A stretch of DNA of 63,932 nucleotides, the filler included, from Barthelona sp. PAP020 (Eukaryota): assembly GCA_040182905.1 (NCBI GenBank). It is 3 parts of 3 records of this genome, joined end to end, with 100 filler letters (N's around TTAATTAATTAA, not from the genome) between each part and the next. Parts side by side here need not be neighbours in the genome. Positions count along the whole stretch, not along the records: positions 1 to 24,357 come from JARQWU010000159.1; 2 more parts are not named here. The stretch is one strand, 5' to 3'. Each line of letters starts with the position of its first letter. Position 1 is the stretch's first letter. Under the pieces are notes generated by a model. That model saw only the letters and a list, made by a program, of their open reading frames with translations. It was not told the DNA's origin and did not search any database. Below are positions 1-10,892 of the stretch, in pieces. Both the position numbers and the translations under genes were made by a program.

Positions 1-98
1 TACTTGGGCATCTGAATCCACGTGAGTTTTCCCCAAACCTTAAGCTAACTCGTTTCGTTGTTCACTGAACAACTCATACCTCATAAATATCTAATAAA
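1..98 (-). repeat. Repeat A copy 1 (truncated by contig start)
   Basis: Reverse complement matches 24226-24323 and 34176-34273 with 1 mismatch each. Confidence 0.95.
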
Positions 99-599
99 AT
101 TTTAATATTGTAGACCATAATTGTGAACGGTGTAACATTTTTTCTTGTTGCAGAAAAGACTTTGTTCAAAAGAGAAGAACTTTTCTTGGAGAATTGGAAA
201 AGCAAATTTGAATCATTTGCTGAAAAGAACGAACAAAAAAATTGAGATTGTTTACAAAATACAAAACATCATCTTAAATCAATTTTTAGCAATTTTTTAT
301 TATCTACTGAGCATTTTAACTTTCCCTTCCAATGGGAAATTAAAGAACTCAATGTGGATAATAGGTCAAATATTTTGAATTGACAAATCTTTGTTCAAAT
401 AAAAATGTCAAAACAAATGAACACAGATCAATGATAGTTCAATAAGCAATATCCCCTCAAATAAAGGGTATAAAGAATGTTTAAATGAATAAAACAGTGA
501 AAATTTCAACTTACAGATTGATATTAAACGACACGACAAGCAATCAAAAATCAAATGTACAACAAAATTAACATAATATTGCTTTATACCGATGAACAT

Positions 600-3500
600 T
601 CAATGTAACAATTGAATTTGTTCATCCACAAGCAAATCATCAAATATTTGACCTTTTTGACTGACCGTAGGAATAAAAGAATCATCAAACTTTTGCATAT
701 TCTTTCTCTGCTTAGTTTTGATCAGACAATTAATAGCGTTAGGGAAGACAAACACTAATAATAAAACAGTGATTCCAACAAACGATAGAATGGTAATAAT
801 TGAAATAGCTGCCTCCACAACGGAAATCTTCAACTGGGTAAATTGACACACCAACGTCAAATTCTCATAATAATATTTATTCTCTGCAATAAAATGATAT
901 CTCACTCCCGAACTTAAGGATACGTTGTTATCAGAATTAATTACATCAATAATTGATGAAGTATTTGCATCAAAGACTTTAATACTTGTAGTATAGTTGC
1001 TACCTAACATAACATCACTATTATCATTTATAGAGGTACCGCAAGGAGGTAAGACAGTTATGTTGGGAGGATATGCCCACAACTCAAAGTTAACAGTAGA
1101 ACCAATCATAACTTGATCATTTACAATATACAAGGGAGTAATTGAATATGGACCCAAGACATCAAGATATACACAATTGCTGTTGATTGTGATCTGTTCA
1201 GTAGAATCACCCTTTATTACTTGCAATTTAACATCAGTTAAAGTGTTATCAACACACAATTTTTCTCCTTCATCAGTGTTAGTTGAAGTGAATTCATTTA
1301 AAGATATTTGAGAATTGTTTTGAACTGTTGTAGACATGTTTGTTGGTATTGTTGACAATTTATCTGTAACTATCGGATCTAATTTGTTTGTTGAACAAAC
1401 GTTTGAAATGAACTCACAAGAAATATCAATTTGAGTGTTTGGAAGAACCACAATTTCATCAAATGAAGAGTCAAGTAAAATAGCACTATTTGCGAGAATT
1501 TTCAATTTGCCAATATTACAAACTGCCGTTAGATTATACCAAAATACATTTGGAACTAATTGAATAGAAGGTATTGAACATTTTGGTAAAATTTGAACCA
1601 ATTTCTTGATTATTAATGGATAAAAACCAAATTGTATTGAATAAAAAGTGATTTCATACATCAAAATCTCATTTCCTTCATTAGTTAACAAAGTTGAGAC
1701 AGTTGGTAAAGGTTTAAGATAATCAACATCAGAACTATTTAGTAAAAAGTTAATACCTGCTGGAATTAATATCGAATAATTGTATATTTGATGTGTAGGT
1801 AATAAATTCATTTTGGAATATTGTGTTGGTAACACTGTATAATTGAAAACTCTTCTGGAAACCATTTCTGTCTTGTAAAAAAATCCACAAATAAGTGTAA
1901 CATTTGTGTTTATGGTAACTGGAAGGTTGTTATCTGAAACGACGGGATTACTATTGATATTAGCTATAGATGAGAGGTAATGAACTGAGAAATCTGAAGT
2001 AATAGCAGTGTAGCTGATAAATAAAGAATTTTCATAAATCTGTGAGGCTGATGGTAAATCAGGGAAATAAGATTGGTTTCTGATCAAAAAATTATGTGAA
2101 TAGCTCCACTCAAACCCATAAGAACACGAATGAGTGATTTGTAGAATTAGATCACAGGCAGGCAAATTAGAAAAACATTTCAGGGTAAGGGTCTGATTGT
2201 TTGAGGAAGTTATAGCGTTGGTACTAGTATCAACACTGTCAATGTCACCATACTTGTAGGTTATGAAACCATTAAAGAAAGTGATGTTCACTGTTTGCTT
2301 TTCAACATCTTTTTGACAGTTTAACGGATTAGAAAGAATTCGATTAAACCCACTATTCAATTGAACAAACGATTGACTATTTAATTTAATTGTCAAGTTC
2401 CAGGCTTTTTTGTAGATAGACAGACACGGCAATGTATCACCAACAGCTTCAATTTTGAGTTTAACATATTTTTGAGCGTAATTTTCAAGGTTGTTAAAAA
2501 TAACGGCTACTTTGTTCGTTTGTCCAGTTACTATGCTAGTTTGTACCATTACCACTTCAGTATCATTGATGAAACCCTTTATATGTACCTTATCTCTCTC
2601 TGAAGAATATGAGTTGATATATACATCAATTACAAGGGAGTCATCAATTAACTGCGTCAATACGACATTGTCTATTGCAAAATTGTATTGAGTTAGGTTT
2701 GAAGGACAGGGAGCACTTTGAACGAAGCTATTTGTAAGCGTTTTTCTTGTGGACGAATAACAAGCTTTTTGCTCACAAGATGCCGTGATATTAAATGTAT
2801 TCAAAGAAAGCGATTTGACAACTTCATAAAACAGGAATTGCTTTGAATTTCCTCCATCCAATAGAAAATCAATATCTGTGACATTTCCATCCCCTTCCCA
2901 TATAATGTTAAACATGCCACTAACAACACCATAATTCTTTACAGTTACCATGCGTTTTGCTTCTACATAACAATCAGTTAAAGTACAAAGTAAATCCATA
3001 TACGTAGTAACAATGTCAAAAGGATTTGCTTTGGAAGCATCGTCAATAACATAAGGCTCCGATAAAACAGGACAACTGAATGAAGGTGTAGTAAAACTCA
3101 CTGTTTTAACCAATTCAGACAAATTAACACAAGTTGAATTGCTAGTTACAGGTGTAATCAATATTGAGCATTGAATTGACTCACTGTTTGGGGCATCTTC
3201 GATGTCAAATATCAGTACTGAGCTGTCATTGATTGAAATTGTTGTCAAAACACTCAATTTAACACTTCTTTCACATGTCCAAGTGATATCAGCATTAAAA
3301 CTAGCGTTTACACCTAAAACACTGGTAAATCCAGTAAAACTAACATTTGAATCAGTAACGGTTCGAACGAAACTGGTTTCATTGATATTGATACTCACAG
3401 TATCAATAAATTTACACTTATCAACATTAAACTCAACGATATACGGCTTATCAACATGAATATAATCACCAAACGCTAGAAAATTCAACTTGTAGAATCC

Positions 3501-6149
3501 ATCATTAAAAGATACATCGAATTGATCAGTTTCAAAACAATCAGATATTTCCAGAACTGGAATACTATCATTAGCATAGCAAATAGTCTTAGAAAGTCCA
3601 GAAATATCCTCATCATAAGCAATCAAAAAACTGACGTTTGTTGACATGTAAGTTGATAATTCTCCCACACTATTGATAGTTAATTGTTTTATTATTGTGG
3701 CATGGTTGGTGATATTTTTAACAACTGTAGTATTCAAATCGAAATATACCAAAAAAGAAATGTCATATGCACCTGCAGCAAAATATCCCGAATAAACTGT
3801 TGTAACATCATCAATTCTTTGTTGAAGAATTATCAACCCTCTTTCTAAAAACAATGCTGGAGTCACTTCCACTTCCACCTTATCTGTAGTATTGAAACTC
3901 GTCGTCAGATTTGTAACTATATCGATCGAAAAGTCTAGTTCATAAAAAGTCACCATTTTAGCAACAACATTGGAATGATTGTAATTAAATGAACTCTCAT
4001 TGACAAAAGTACAATTGAAAACATCAAATTCAATCTCAAAACACTGAGATACATCAATAACACCCAATGAGGTATCTGAACTATCGTAGATTTCAATTTT
4101 GAAATCGTTTGAGGAGGAAAACACAATCATAGAGGTGACTGTTGTATCAACTAAGATTTGATACTCGCTTCCACTTAAAGTTTCATTGATGTTTTGTAAC
4201 ATACTGTTTGTCGATATTTCAACACTATTATTATAGAACCACACTGCCTTTACATCTGAAGAAGGCGATAAAATTGCTTTATGTATGTTAATTTCGAAGG
4301 AATAGCCATCATTAAGAGAACAGTTTTCCAAAGACGTGTGATGCATATGCTCAGGACAAATAACTGCACAATCTGGTCCATACAATTGTTTGTCACTGTT
4401 ACAAGAACATTGTCCATCAATTTCAATCACAGTTTCTGTGCATAATGTTGTGTTGAACTCAATAAATGGAGTAAAACCTTGAATGGTAGTGTTTTTATGT
4501 TCAACATAGCCTTCAATAGCATAAAAAGTGATGCCTTCCACACAGTAGGGACATAACCAAAGATCATCAATTGTTACATCAGACAAATCAATGGTCAATT
4601 CATTTCCATTTATGCTCAAATAGCCATTTCGAACGATGATATGGAAGAAATCCATTCTTTCAAAAGACGTTTCGTTGAAAAAGCAATAATCATCATTGCA
4701 ACTAACATTCAAACCAAAATCACCAATCTTAAAAATGGTAAAGACGTTATCAGTCGAAATATTCCCAATCAAAAGATCTATTTGACCATTTTCTCCCAAA
4801 GTGTGACTTTCAAAAAAACCAAGGTTTGTCATTGTCATTGGACAATTGTTTTCAGTGGAGCCAGAGCCGTTAAATCTGAAAAACATCTCCGAATAACCAG
4901 TTTGGACACACTGCGTCATCACATCTGAACATTCGTTAACATAATAACCAACAGGCTGATAACACTCTCCACTACTTGAATCATACACATATCCACTACT
5001 TTTGCAAACTGCATCACACTCAATATTTGGATGCAACGTGAATTGAATATCACTCGACAGAGCATTACAAGGATCACCAGTGGATTGGAGAGTAGGCATG
5101 TTGTCACTCCAAATACAGTTCACAGAATCACATGCCATTCCATAATAACCATGTTGAGCACAGTGTTCATCGATATTACAACTGAAAAAAGTGTTAAACC
5201 AGTATTCCGCTCTTAATGATTCCAAATCGATCCCCAATTCTTCATTTGTGCATAGGTCTAGTTTTGGCACTTCAACTCGATATCTGCCTAGTGTTTTGCC
5301 TTGCAATAAGGTTGAAGTGATTGATAAGTCATATTGTAAAGGTAAATATACATTACCAGCCAAAAGATGTGTCGAGTTAAATGCACTCAAAGAAGACATC
5401 TCCAGTTTAATATCAGAATCTACTAAATAATTATAATACACATCATATAGACGAATTGAAGGCTGCTTTTTGAGTTTTATCATGTCACAATATGATTTTA
5501 CTTGTGGATAGTTATAATTTGTGTTTAAACTGTCCATTTCATCACAAATAGTGAGAATATCATCCATTATATTCGTTTCAATTCCATCTATAGTTTCAAC
5601 CCAATAATCTTTAATGATCTTATTGAGTTTTGAATAAAATAACCTTAAAAAACCAATATTATCATCATCACTAACATCAACTTTGCAATTTTCTACAGTT
5701 GTACACAAAGATGTGGATGAAATATTGAAAAAACTTAAACTATCATCCAAACTATTAAAAATTAACGAATCACAATCATCTAATTTCAAATTTGAATAGA
5801 CATTTTCACTTAAACACTGAATGTTAGAAGAAATGTTAAAAATAAAAATTGATTGATCTTTAATATTGCTATCATCTATTTTACATTGAGTAAAATTTGT
5901 CGGTAAAAGATCATGATAAAATGCCAAATACTGACCTTTTGATTTTGTCAATCGAAAAAGGTTATCCTTTAAAGGAAAAACGTGAGTATAATTCGTACAA
6001 AATTCATTCATCCATTCAACTCTTTCTTTCACATGAATTATATCATAAGATAATGAAGAGACGAATTCATTTGTAGAAATATCACACAAAATAATTGAAA
6101 ATAAAGTTAAAAATACAAACAAAATTCTTACTGTTGATGTGAGATTCAT
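600..6149 (-). CDS. Large type I membrane/cell-surface protein (signal peptide, Cys-rich and beta-rich ectodomain, C-terminal TM)
   Basis: 1849-aa ORF; hydrophobic N-terminus, many NxS/T sites, TM segment AAISIITILSFVGITVLLLVFVF near C-terminus. Confidence 0.85.
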   Translation of the reverse strand: MNLTSTVRILFVFLTLFSIILCDISTNEFVSSLSYDIIHVKERVEWMNEFCTNYTHVFPLKDNLFRLTKSKGQYLAFYHDLLPTNFTQCKIDDSNIKDQSIFIFNISSNIQCLSENVYSNLKLDDCDSLIFNSLDDSLSFFNISSTSLCTTVENCKVDVSDDDNIGFLRLFYSKLNKIIKDYWVETIDGIETNIMDDILTICDEMDSLNTNYNYPQVKSYCDMIKLKKQPSIRLYDVYYNYLVDSDIKLEMSSLSAFNSTHLLAGNVYLPLQYDLSITSTLLQGKTLGRYRVEVPKLDLCTNEELGIDLESLRAEYWFNTFFSCNIDEHCAQHGYYGMACDSVNCIWSDNMPTLQSTGDPCNALSSDIQFTLHPNIECDAVCKSSGYVYDSSSGECYQPVGYYVNECSDVMTQCVQTGYSEMFFRFNGSGSTENNCPMTMTNLGFFESHTLGENGQIDLLIGNISTDNVFTIFKIGDFGLNVSCNDDYCFFNETSFERMDFFHIIVRNGYLSINGNELTIDLSDVTIDDLWLCPYCVEGITFYAIEGYVEHKNTTIQGFTPFIEFNTTLCTETVIEIDGQCSCNSDKQLYGPDCAVICPEHMHHTSLENCSLNDGYSFEINIHKAILSPSSDVKAVWFYNNSVEISTNSMLQNINETLSGSEYQILVDTTVTSMIVFSSSNDFKIEIYDSSDTSLGVIDVSQCFEIEFDVFNCTFVNESSFNYNHSNVVAKMVTFYELDFSIDIVTNLTTSFNTTDKVEVEVTPALFLERGLIILQQRIDDVTTVYSGYFAAGAYDISFLVYFDLNTTVVKNITNHATIIKQLTINSVGELSTYMSTNVSFLIAYDEDISGLSKTICYANDSIPVLEISDCFETDQFDVSFNDGFYKLNFLAFGDYIHVDKPYIVEFNVDKCKFIDTVSININETSFVRTVTDSNVSFTGFTSVLGVNASFNADITWTCERSVKLSVLTTISINDSSVLIFDIEDAPNSESIQCSILITPVTSNSTCVNLSELVKTVSFTTPSFSCPVLSEPYVIDDASKANPFDIVTTYMDLLCTLTDCYVEAKRMVTVKNYGVVSGMFNIIWEGDGNVTDIDFLLDGGNSKQFLFYEVVKSLSLNTFNITASCEQKACYSSTRKTLTNSFVQSAPCPSNLTQYNFAIDNVVLTQLIDDSLVIDVYINSYSSERDKVHIKGFINDTEVVMVQTSIVTGQTNKVAVIFNNLENYAQKYVKLKIEAVGDTLPCLSIYKKAWNLTIKLNSQSFVQLNSGFNRILSNPLNCQKDVEKQTVNITFFNGFITYKYGDIDSVDTSTNAITSSNNQTLTLKCFSNLPACDLILQITHSCSYGFEWSYSHNFLIRNQSYFPDLPSASQIYENSLFISYTAITSDFSVHYLSSIANINSNPVVSDNNLPVTINTNVTLICGFFYKTEMVSRRVFNYTVLPTQYSKMNLLPTHQIYNYSILIPAGINFLLNSSDVDYLKPLPTVSTLLTNEGNEILMYEITFYSIQFGFYPLIIKKLVQILPKCSIPSIQLVPNVFWYNLTAVCNIGKLKILANSAILLDSSFDEIVVLPNTQIDISCEFISNVCSTNKLDPIVTDKLSTIPTNMSTTVQNNSQISLNEFTSTNTDEGEKLCVDNTLTDVKLQVIKGDSTEQITINSNCVYLDVLGPYSITPLYIVNDQVMIGSTVNFELWAYPPNITVLPPCGTSINDNSDVMLGSNYTTSIKVFDANTSSIIDVINSDNNVSLSSGVRYHFIAENKYYYENLTLVCQFTQLKISVVEAAISIITILSFVGITVLLLVFVFPNAINCLIKTKQRKNMQKFDDSFIPTVSQKGQIFDDLLVDEQIQLLH

Positions 6150-6585
6150 TTCACAATTTTAAAAACAAAATTAATTTAATTTTAAATTTTAGAGATGTTA
6201 TTTATGGCGACACAAAGACAATGAAAAAAAAACAAGATTCTTGAAAAAGATGTTGGTTTTTTGCTTTCTTTGATAGATTTTTTTTAAAATGAAAAACCAT
6301 AATAAATGCATTATATCAAAAAAAAATTATTCATTGTGATTGAAAAATGATCTATATTTCATGTCTAAGAAGTAATAAGCTGTCACCAAATTAAAATGGA
6401 AAAAAAAAGCTTTTTGTTTCATTACATTTCGAAATAAAAAAAACAAACTGTGTATTTTTATGGTTAATCTTTAAAAAACCTCTGATATTTGGCAAAGACT
6501 TTTTAGTTTCTTTATTCTGATGAAATTGGGGATGAAGAACAGAACAAAATTTAGAAAATAATAACAAAATAAATATACAACTTAT

Positions 6586-7521
6586 TTACAATTTAAATAA
6601 AGAAACTATTTCAGTATGATCTTCTTGACGGGCAATTTCCTCACAAGACACATTATCAGTTCTTCGAATGTTCTGATTGGCTCCTCTTGTCAATAGACTG
6701 GTAGCTATTTTGATTGCACCAAATTTACAAGCTAAAAATAAGGGTGTTTCATTCCATTCATTGACGACATCTACATCAACATTAGGTTCTTTCAACAATT
6801 CCATGGCGCACAACAAATTACCTGCATTGCAAGCTTTATGTAAAGGAGTTTCTTTCCATTTATCTCTGGCATTTGCTTTGGCTCCAGCTTTTAACAAAGA
6901 TCTAACAACTTCATACCATCCCGAAGTGGCAGCACCATGTAGGGGAGTTCTCAGATTATTAGAACAAAGTTCAATGTTAGCATTTAATTTAATCAGAAGA
7001 TCAACAACTTCCATTCGCCCATTGGTAGCAGCCCAATATAAAGCAGAATGACCATCAATATCGGTCTTGTTAATATCGGCACCTTCATCAAAAAGGGCTG
7101 CAACCAATTTAACATGACCATACTTAGCAGCAATAACCAAACAGCTCAAGTGATTTTCTTCGGTTAAAACATCGACATTTTTAAAACTGGTCTTATCTTT
7201 TAAAAAATTATCCAATAGACACATTACAGTGGTAACATCTCCTAATTTACTGGCATGATGGATTGGTAACCAACCATTTTCATCTGTTTCATCAAAATCA
7301 GGTGGAATAATTTCGTTATGCAACAATTTTGTCGAATCAGTTCGTTTCATTCTTTGATGGATCGTTTCTTTATTAGAACAAGGACTACAAATCGATGATG
7401 AACAATCTGATGGACTGTGTGAACCCTCTCTAAAACAAGATAGACAAACTACATGTCCACATGACAATTGTTTTGGATTGAACAAAGCTTTTCCACAATT
7501 CCAACATTCATCGATTGTCAT
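6586..7521 (-). CDS. RING-finger + ankyrin-repeat protein (putative E3 ligase)
   Basis: CWNC...LSCGHVVCLSC...CSPC RING pattern followed by about 6 ankyrin repeats (TPLH, G+.EVV..LL..GA). Confidence 0.85.
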   Translation of the reverse strand: MTIDECWNCGKALFNPKQLSCGHVVCLSCFREGSHSPSDCSSSICSPCSNKETIHQRMKRTDSTKLLHNEIIPPDFDETDENGWLPIHHASKLGDVTTVMCLLDNFLKDKTSFKNVDVLTEENHLSCLVIAAKYGHVKLVAALFDEGADINKTDIDGHSALYWAATNGRMEVVDLLIKLNANIELCSNNLRTPLHGAATSGWYEVVRSLLKAGAKANARDKWKETPLHKACNAGNLLCAMELLKEPNVDVDVVNEWNETPLFLACKFGAIKIATSLLTRGANQNIRRTDNVSCEEIARQEDHTEIVSLFKL

Positions 7522-7584
7522 TTATTTGATAATTTACTAAAATTATCAAAAAAAAAAATTTGAAAAAAAAAAAATATGAAATAA

Positions 7585-7895
7585 GACTTTATTGAACTTT
7601 TCCGTAAAGAGACTCCATAAAACATCCCAATTGAGTGACGACAGCAAACACTCAAAACTGATATCAACTGGTTGGTAAGTTGGAAGACACAAGACTTATT
7701 TGAGAAACATAAAGAATCGTTCTCAAAATACTTATTCGTGATCCTCATATCGAACATTTACCGTTATTTTTTTTTTAGGAAGTAGATGTGAGGGTCACAG
7801 CGTCTCAGAATCGTCAGACGATGAGAACAATCAGACGAGCGTTCGCATATAAAATCCCTCAATTCCCCCACCCCCACGGATGGTTTAATGAAGTC
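7585..7895. other. Hairpin-rich intergenic element E with imperfect terminal inverted repeats (MITE-like or ncRNA)
   Basis: GACTTTATTGAAC..TCCGT at left pairs with ACGGA..GTTTAATGAAGTC at right; flanked by ATAA on both sides; several internal hairpins. Confidence 0.5.
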
Positions 7896-7968
7896 ATAAA
7901 TAAAATAAAAAAATTTAACAACGGAAAAAAAATTTGAAATTGAAATAAATTCTCCGCATGACATAAAT

Positions 7969-9441
7969 TTACTGTTGTGCATGATCAGTAGCTTTAACGT
8001 GTTTAAATAACTGATTACGTGAAGAAAAGCCTTCTCCACAGACTCTACAAGCAAAAGGTGAAGTAGATTTTTTTTTGTTTTTCTTATCTTGCTTTTTATT
8101 CTTTTTTGTGTTTTGTATCGTTTCTTCTGTTTCAATTTGATCTTGTTCGATCATTTCTTCTTCTCTTTTTTCATCAATTTGATCCTCTAAATTATTGTTA
8201 GCATTATCATCCGGTAAATCAATTCCCAATTGTCGCAAATGGTCCAAAATTTCCTGATCCAAACCAGATTTTGTGCTACTAACAGCATAATCATCATCAT
8301 TGATAATTTGTTTTTTTTTGCTATTTTTTTTCTTTTTTTTGCTAAGATTGCTTCCTAGTTGACTATTATCGGAACTATTGCTTACATGATTAGCTGGTTT
8401 CCCCTTGAAATCATTGGTACTTCCCCCTAAAGCTGAAATTTTTAATTTATGTTTCTTGCTGTCTAAATGGTTGTGGTATTGACTTTCAGACTTGAAAGAT
8501 TTGTTGCAAATGTTGCAATTAAACTCTTCAAGTTTAAGAGAACTGGAACTTTTGTTCTTATTTTTGTTTTTTTTATTCTTTTTTCCGAAGTCCATCATTT
8601 CAGTGACATCAACCAATTCCCTTTCTGGCTCATAGTTCCCATCAATTTGTAACTCCTCCATTTGCTCTTCCAATAAAGTTTGTTCTTCAATCATTCTCTC
8701 TTTTTCTTTCCTTCTTCTTTCTTTGTCCTTTTTGATGTTTTCAATACCTTTCTTCTTTTTATCTTCAATTAATTTCGAGCGATTTTCAACAGCTTTGCCA
8801 TATCTTGGATCCCAATTCATGACCAATGAAACCAAATGTCTAACACTCTCTTCAAATTCACTTTTAATCTCATTTCTAACTTTAATATTCTCTTTTTCAG
8901 CCATTCTACGAGTGTATCGATCAGGTGCTGTTGTCAAATCCCATTTATCTATGAAGGCCATTGATTTCTTTGTCTGAAATTTCTCCCAAGCATGATAGAA
9001 CCTAAAAACTTGAGAATCTGGCATTTGAGAATCACCAAACGTAGGAAAATTCACATTTGAGTCAAATTCAAGTTCTTCCGCATTTAATCCTGCGAACAAT
9101 TTTGAATATGTCTTGTAAAATCCATTTGGACTATCATCAAACGCTTTAAAACATGATTTATTCATATATGAAAAAATGTTTATTTGAGTTGGCCCTTGTT
9201 GAAATCGTCCTGGATCTAACAATTGATTTTTATGCTTGTCATAGTAAGCTCTTTGATTTTCATCGGTTAAACATTCATAAGCTTCTTGTATTTCAACAAA
9301 TTTTTCATGCGCTAATTCTGGATTATCGATATTTTTGTCTGGATGCCAACGTCTGGCCAATTTTTTGAAAGATTTTTTGATTTCTTGTAAAGTTGCTGTT
9401 TCTTCAACTTCTAAAACATCATAATAATCCCTTTTTGCCAT
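7969..9441 (-). CDS. DNAJC21: DnaJ protein with C2H2 zinc fingers (DNAJC21/Jjj1-like)
   Basis: N-terminal J-domain with HPD, FY..W..F.T zuotin-like region, two CxxC..H..H fingers. Confidence 0.9.
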   Translation of the reverse strand: MAKRDYYDVLEVEETATLQEIKKSFKKLARRWHPDKNIDNPELAHEKFVEIQEAYECLTDENQRAYYDKHKNQLLDPGRFQQGPTQINIFSYMNKSCFKAFDDSPNGFYKTYSKLFAGLNAEELEFDSNVNFPTFGDSQMPDSQVFRFYHAWEKFQTKKSMAFIDKWDLTTAPDRYTRRMAEKENIKVRNEIKSEFEESVRHLVSLVMNWDPRYGKAVENRSKLIEDKKKKGIENIKKDKERRRKEKERMIEEQTLLEEQMEELQIDGNYEPERELVDVTEMMDFGKKNKKNKNKNKSSSSLKLEEFNCNICNKSFKSESQYHNHLDSKKHKLKISALGGSTNDFKGKPANHVSNSSDNSQLGSNLSKKKKKNSKKKQIINDDDYAVSSTKSGLDQEILDHLRQLGIDLPDDNANNNLEDQIDEKREEEMIEQDQIETEETIQNTKKNKKQDKKNKKKSTSPFACRVCGEGFSSRNQLFKHVKATDHAQQ

Positions 9442-9483
9442 AAGAATAAATAAAAAAAATTAAGAATAATTTTTTCTTGCTTT

Positions 9484-10821
9484 ATATCAAAAATAGTACG
9501 AAAGGTTTGCTCAAATTGTGGTAGCACCAAATTTTTTGAACAAAATGGGTCTTTTTGGTGTCGAAATTGTTCTAATCAATACGAACATAGTATTGTTCAA
9601 ACCTTGGAATTTGATGATATTGATACTACTGGTATTAGAAGTCGAAGTATACATTCAACAAAGAATTCAAATAATACAATAAAGACAACAGAACATATAT
9701 TTAATGAATTTCAAGATATCTTGTTAAGAGAATCTAGAAATACGATAAAAGATTTTAATATTGAATATTCTAATTATTTTATGGGATATATTGGCGAATT
9801 ATCTATTAATTTTTTATCTAAAGTATCTTTTGATCCTATTGGATGGGATTATTTTATGAAAATTGATAAATTGTTATTGAGTAATGTCTTTATATACATT
9901 ACATTATATTATTTTCAAGAAAACGTCAATAAATTTTTAAAGATAGAATTTGGAAAGAAATTTCTTGTGCATGTGATTTTTATGAGATCCTATTTGAAAA
10001 TATGTTTGCTTGAACCGAATTTGGGTCTAATGTGGCTTGATTTATGTGAAAAAACGTTTTCAACCATCAATTATGCATTTGAAGATTTTTTTAAGTTTGG
10101 TTGCAGTTTGCTCTTGAAAATTGATTCTTTATCATTGTTTCCCTCATATATTGATCTAAAAACGTATAAAACAGATAGAAATTTTAAAGTCTGGATGCAT
10201 TCAATAAGAAATGTACTGGGTAGTGTTTTCATCATATGTTTAAAACACTTTTTTCTTTTCGACTCCATTGATAATAGGGTGCATTCTATTGTTCATTTTG
10301 ACTTTTCTGTCGATTTTAGCGAATTTTTGTTTAAAGTGTTTACCACGAATGTTGAGAAATCACACTCAGATTTATTCAATTTGAATAATTTAGAAGTTGA
10401 TTTTTTGGGATTTTTACAGGTTATTTTCGATGATGCGGATACTGAAATGAAAGAAAAAAACAGAAACAGGTTTATCGTTGAGCAAAAACACCAAAAAGTT
10501 AAAAATGATCATTTATTAATCGAAGACCCTTTTGTTGACTTGTTAGAAATAGATGAAATTGAACAATTGTTTGTGATTGAAGATATAAGGATAAAGACTT
10601 CTGTAAACATTAATAATATCAAAAAAACAAAAACAAATAAGGAAAAAAAAAGTCATTCTATTCAATATGATTCAGAGAATGGTGAAAAGAGTCAGCAAAA
10701 GTTTCTTCAACAAGTTTCGTTGGCTCTTTGTGGAAGAAATCCTTCAACACAAACCAAACAACAACGTATTCCAATTGATTTTGTTGAAACCTTGAAAAAG
10801 GTGAAAAAAATTGTGTTCTAA
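9484..10821 (+). CDS. TAF1B/Rrn7-like (TFIIB-related) protein; start codon uncertain, no in-frame ATG before the zinc ribbon
   Basis: Frame is open from 9454 and encodes VCSNCGSTKFFEQNGSFWCRNCSNQ zinc ribbon upstream of the tracked ORF, followed by an FQDILL helix motif. Confidence 0.6.
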   Translation: MSKIVRKVCSNCGSTKFFEQNGSFWCRNCSNQYEHSIVQTLEFDDIDTTGIRSRSIHSTKNSNNTIKTTEHIFNEFQDILLRESRNTIKDFNIEYSNYFMGYIGELSINFLSKVSFDPIGWDYFMKIDKLLLSNVFIYITLYYFQENVNKFLKIEFGKKFLVHVIFMRSYLKICLLEPNLGLMWLDLCEKTFSTINYAFEDFFKFGCSLLLKIDSLSLFPSYIDLKTYKTDRNFKVWMHSIRNVLGSVFIICLKHFFLFDSIDNRVHSIVHFDFSVDFSEFLFKVFTTNVEKSHSDLFNLNNLEVDFLGFLQVIFDDADTEMKEKNRNRFIVEQKHQKVKNDHLLIEDPFVDLLEIDEIEQLFVIEDIRIKTSVNINNIKKTKTNKEKKSHSIQYDSENGEKSQQKFLQQVSLALCGRNPSTQTKQQRIPIDFVETLKKVKKIVF

Positions 10822-10892
10822 TAAAAAAGACTAAATTAAAGGTTATGAATGGTTAAGGTAAAAAAAAGAAAGCGCGAAAAAAATAAAACTTT

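Noticed and set aside
9549..9590. 42-nt intron after ATG at 9545 supplying a start for the 9604 ORF
   Set aside because: Splicing gives the wrong frame and would delete half of the zinc ribbon
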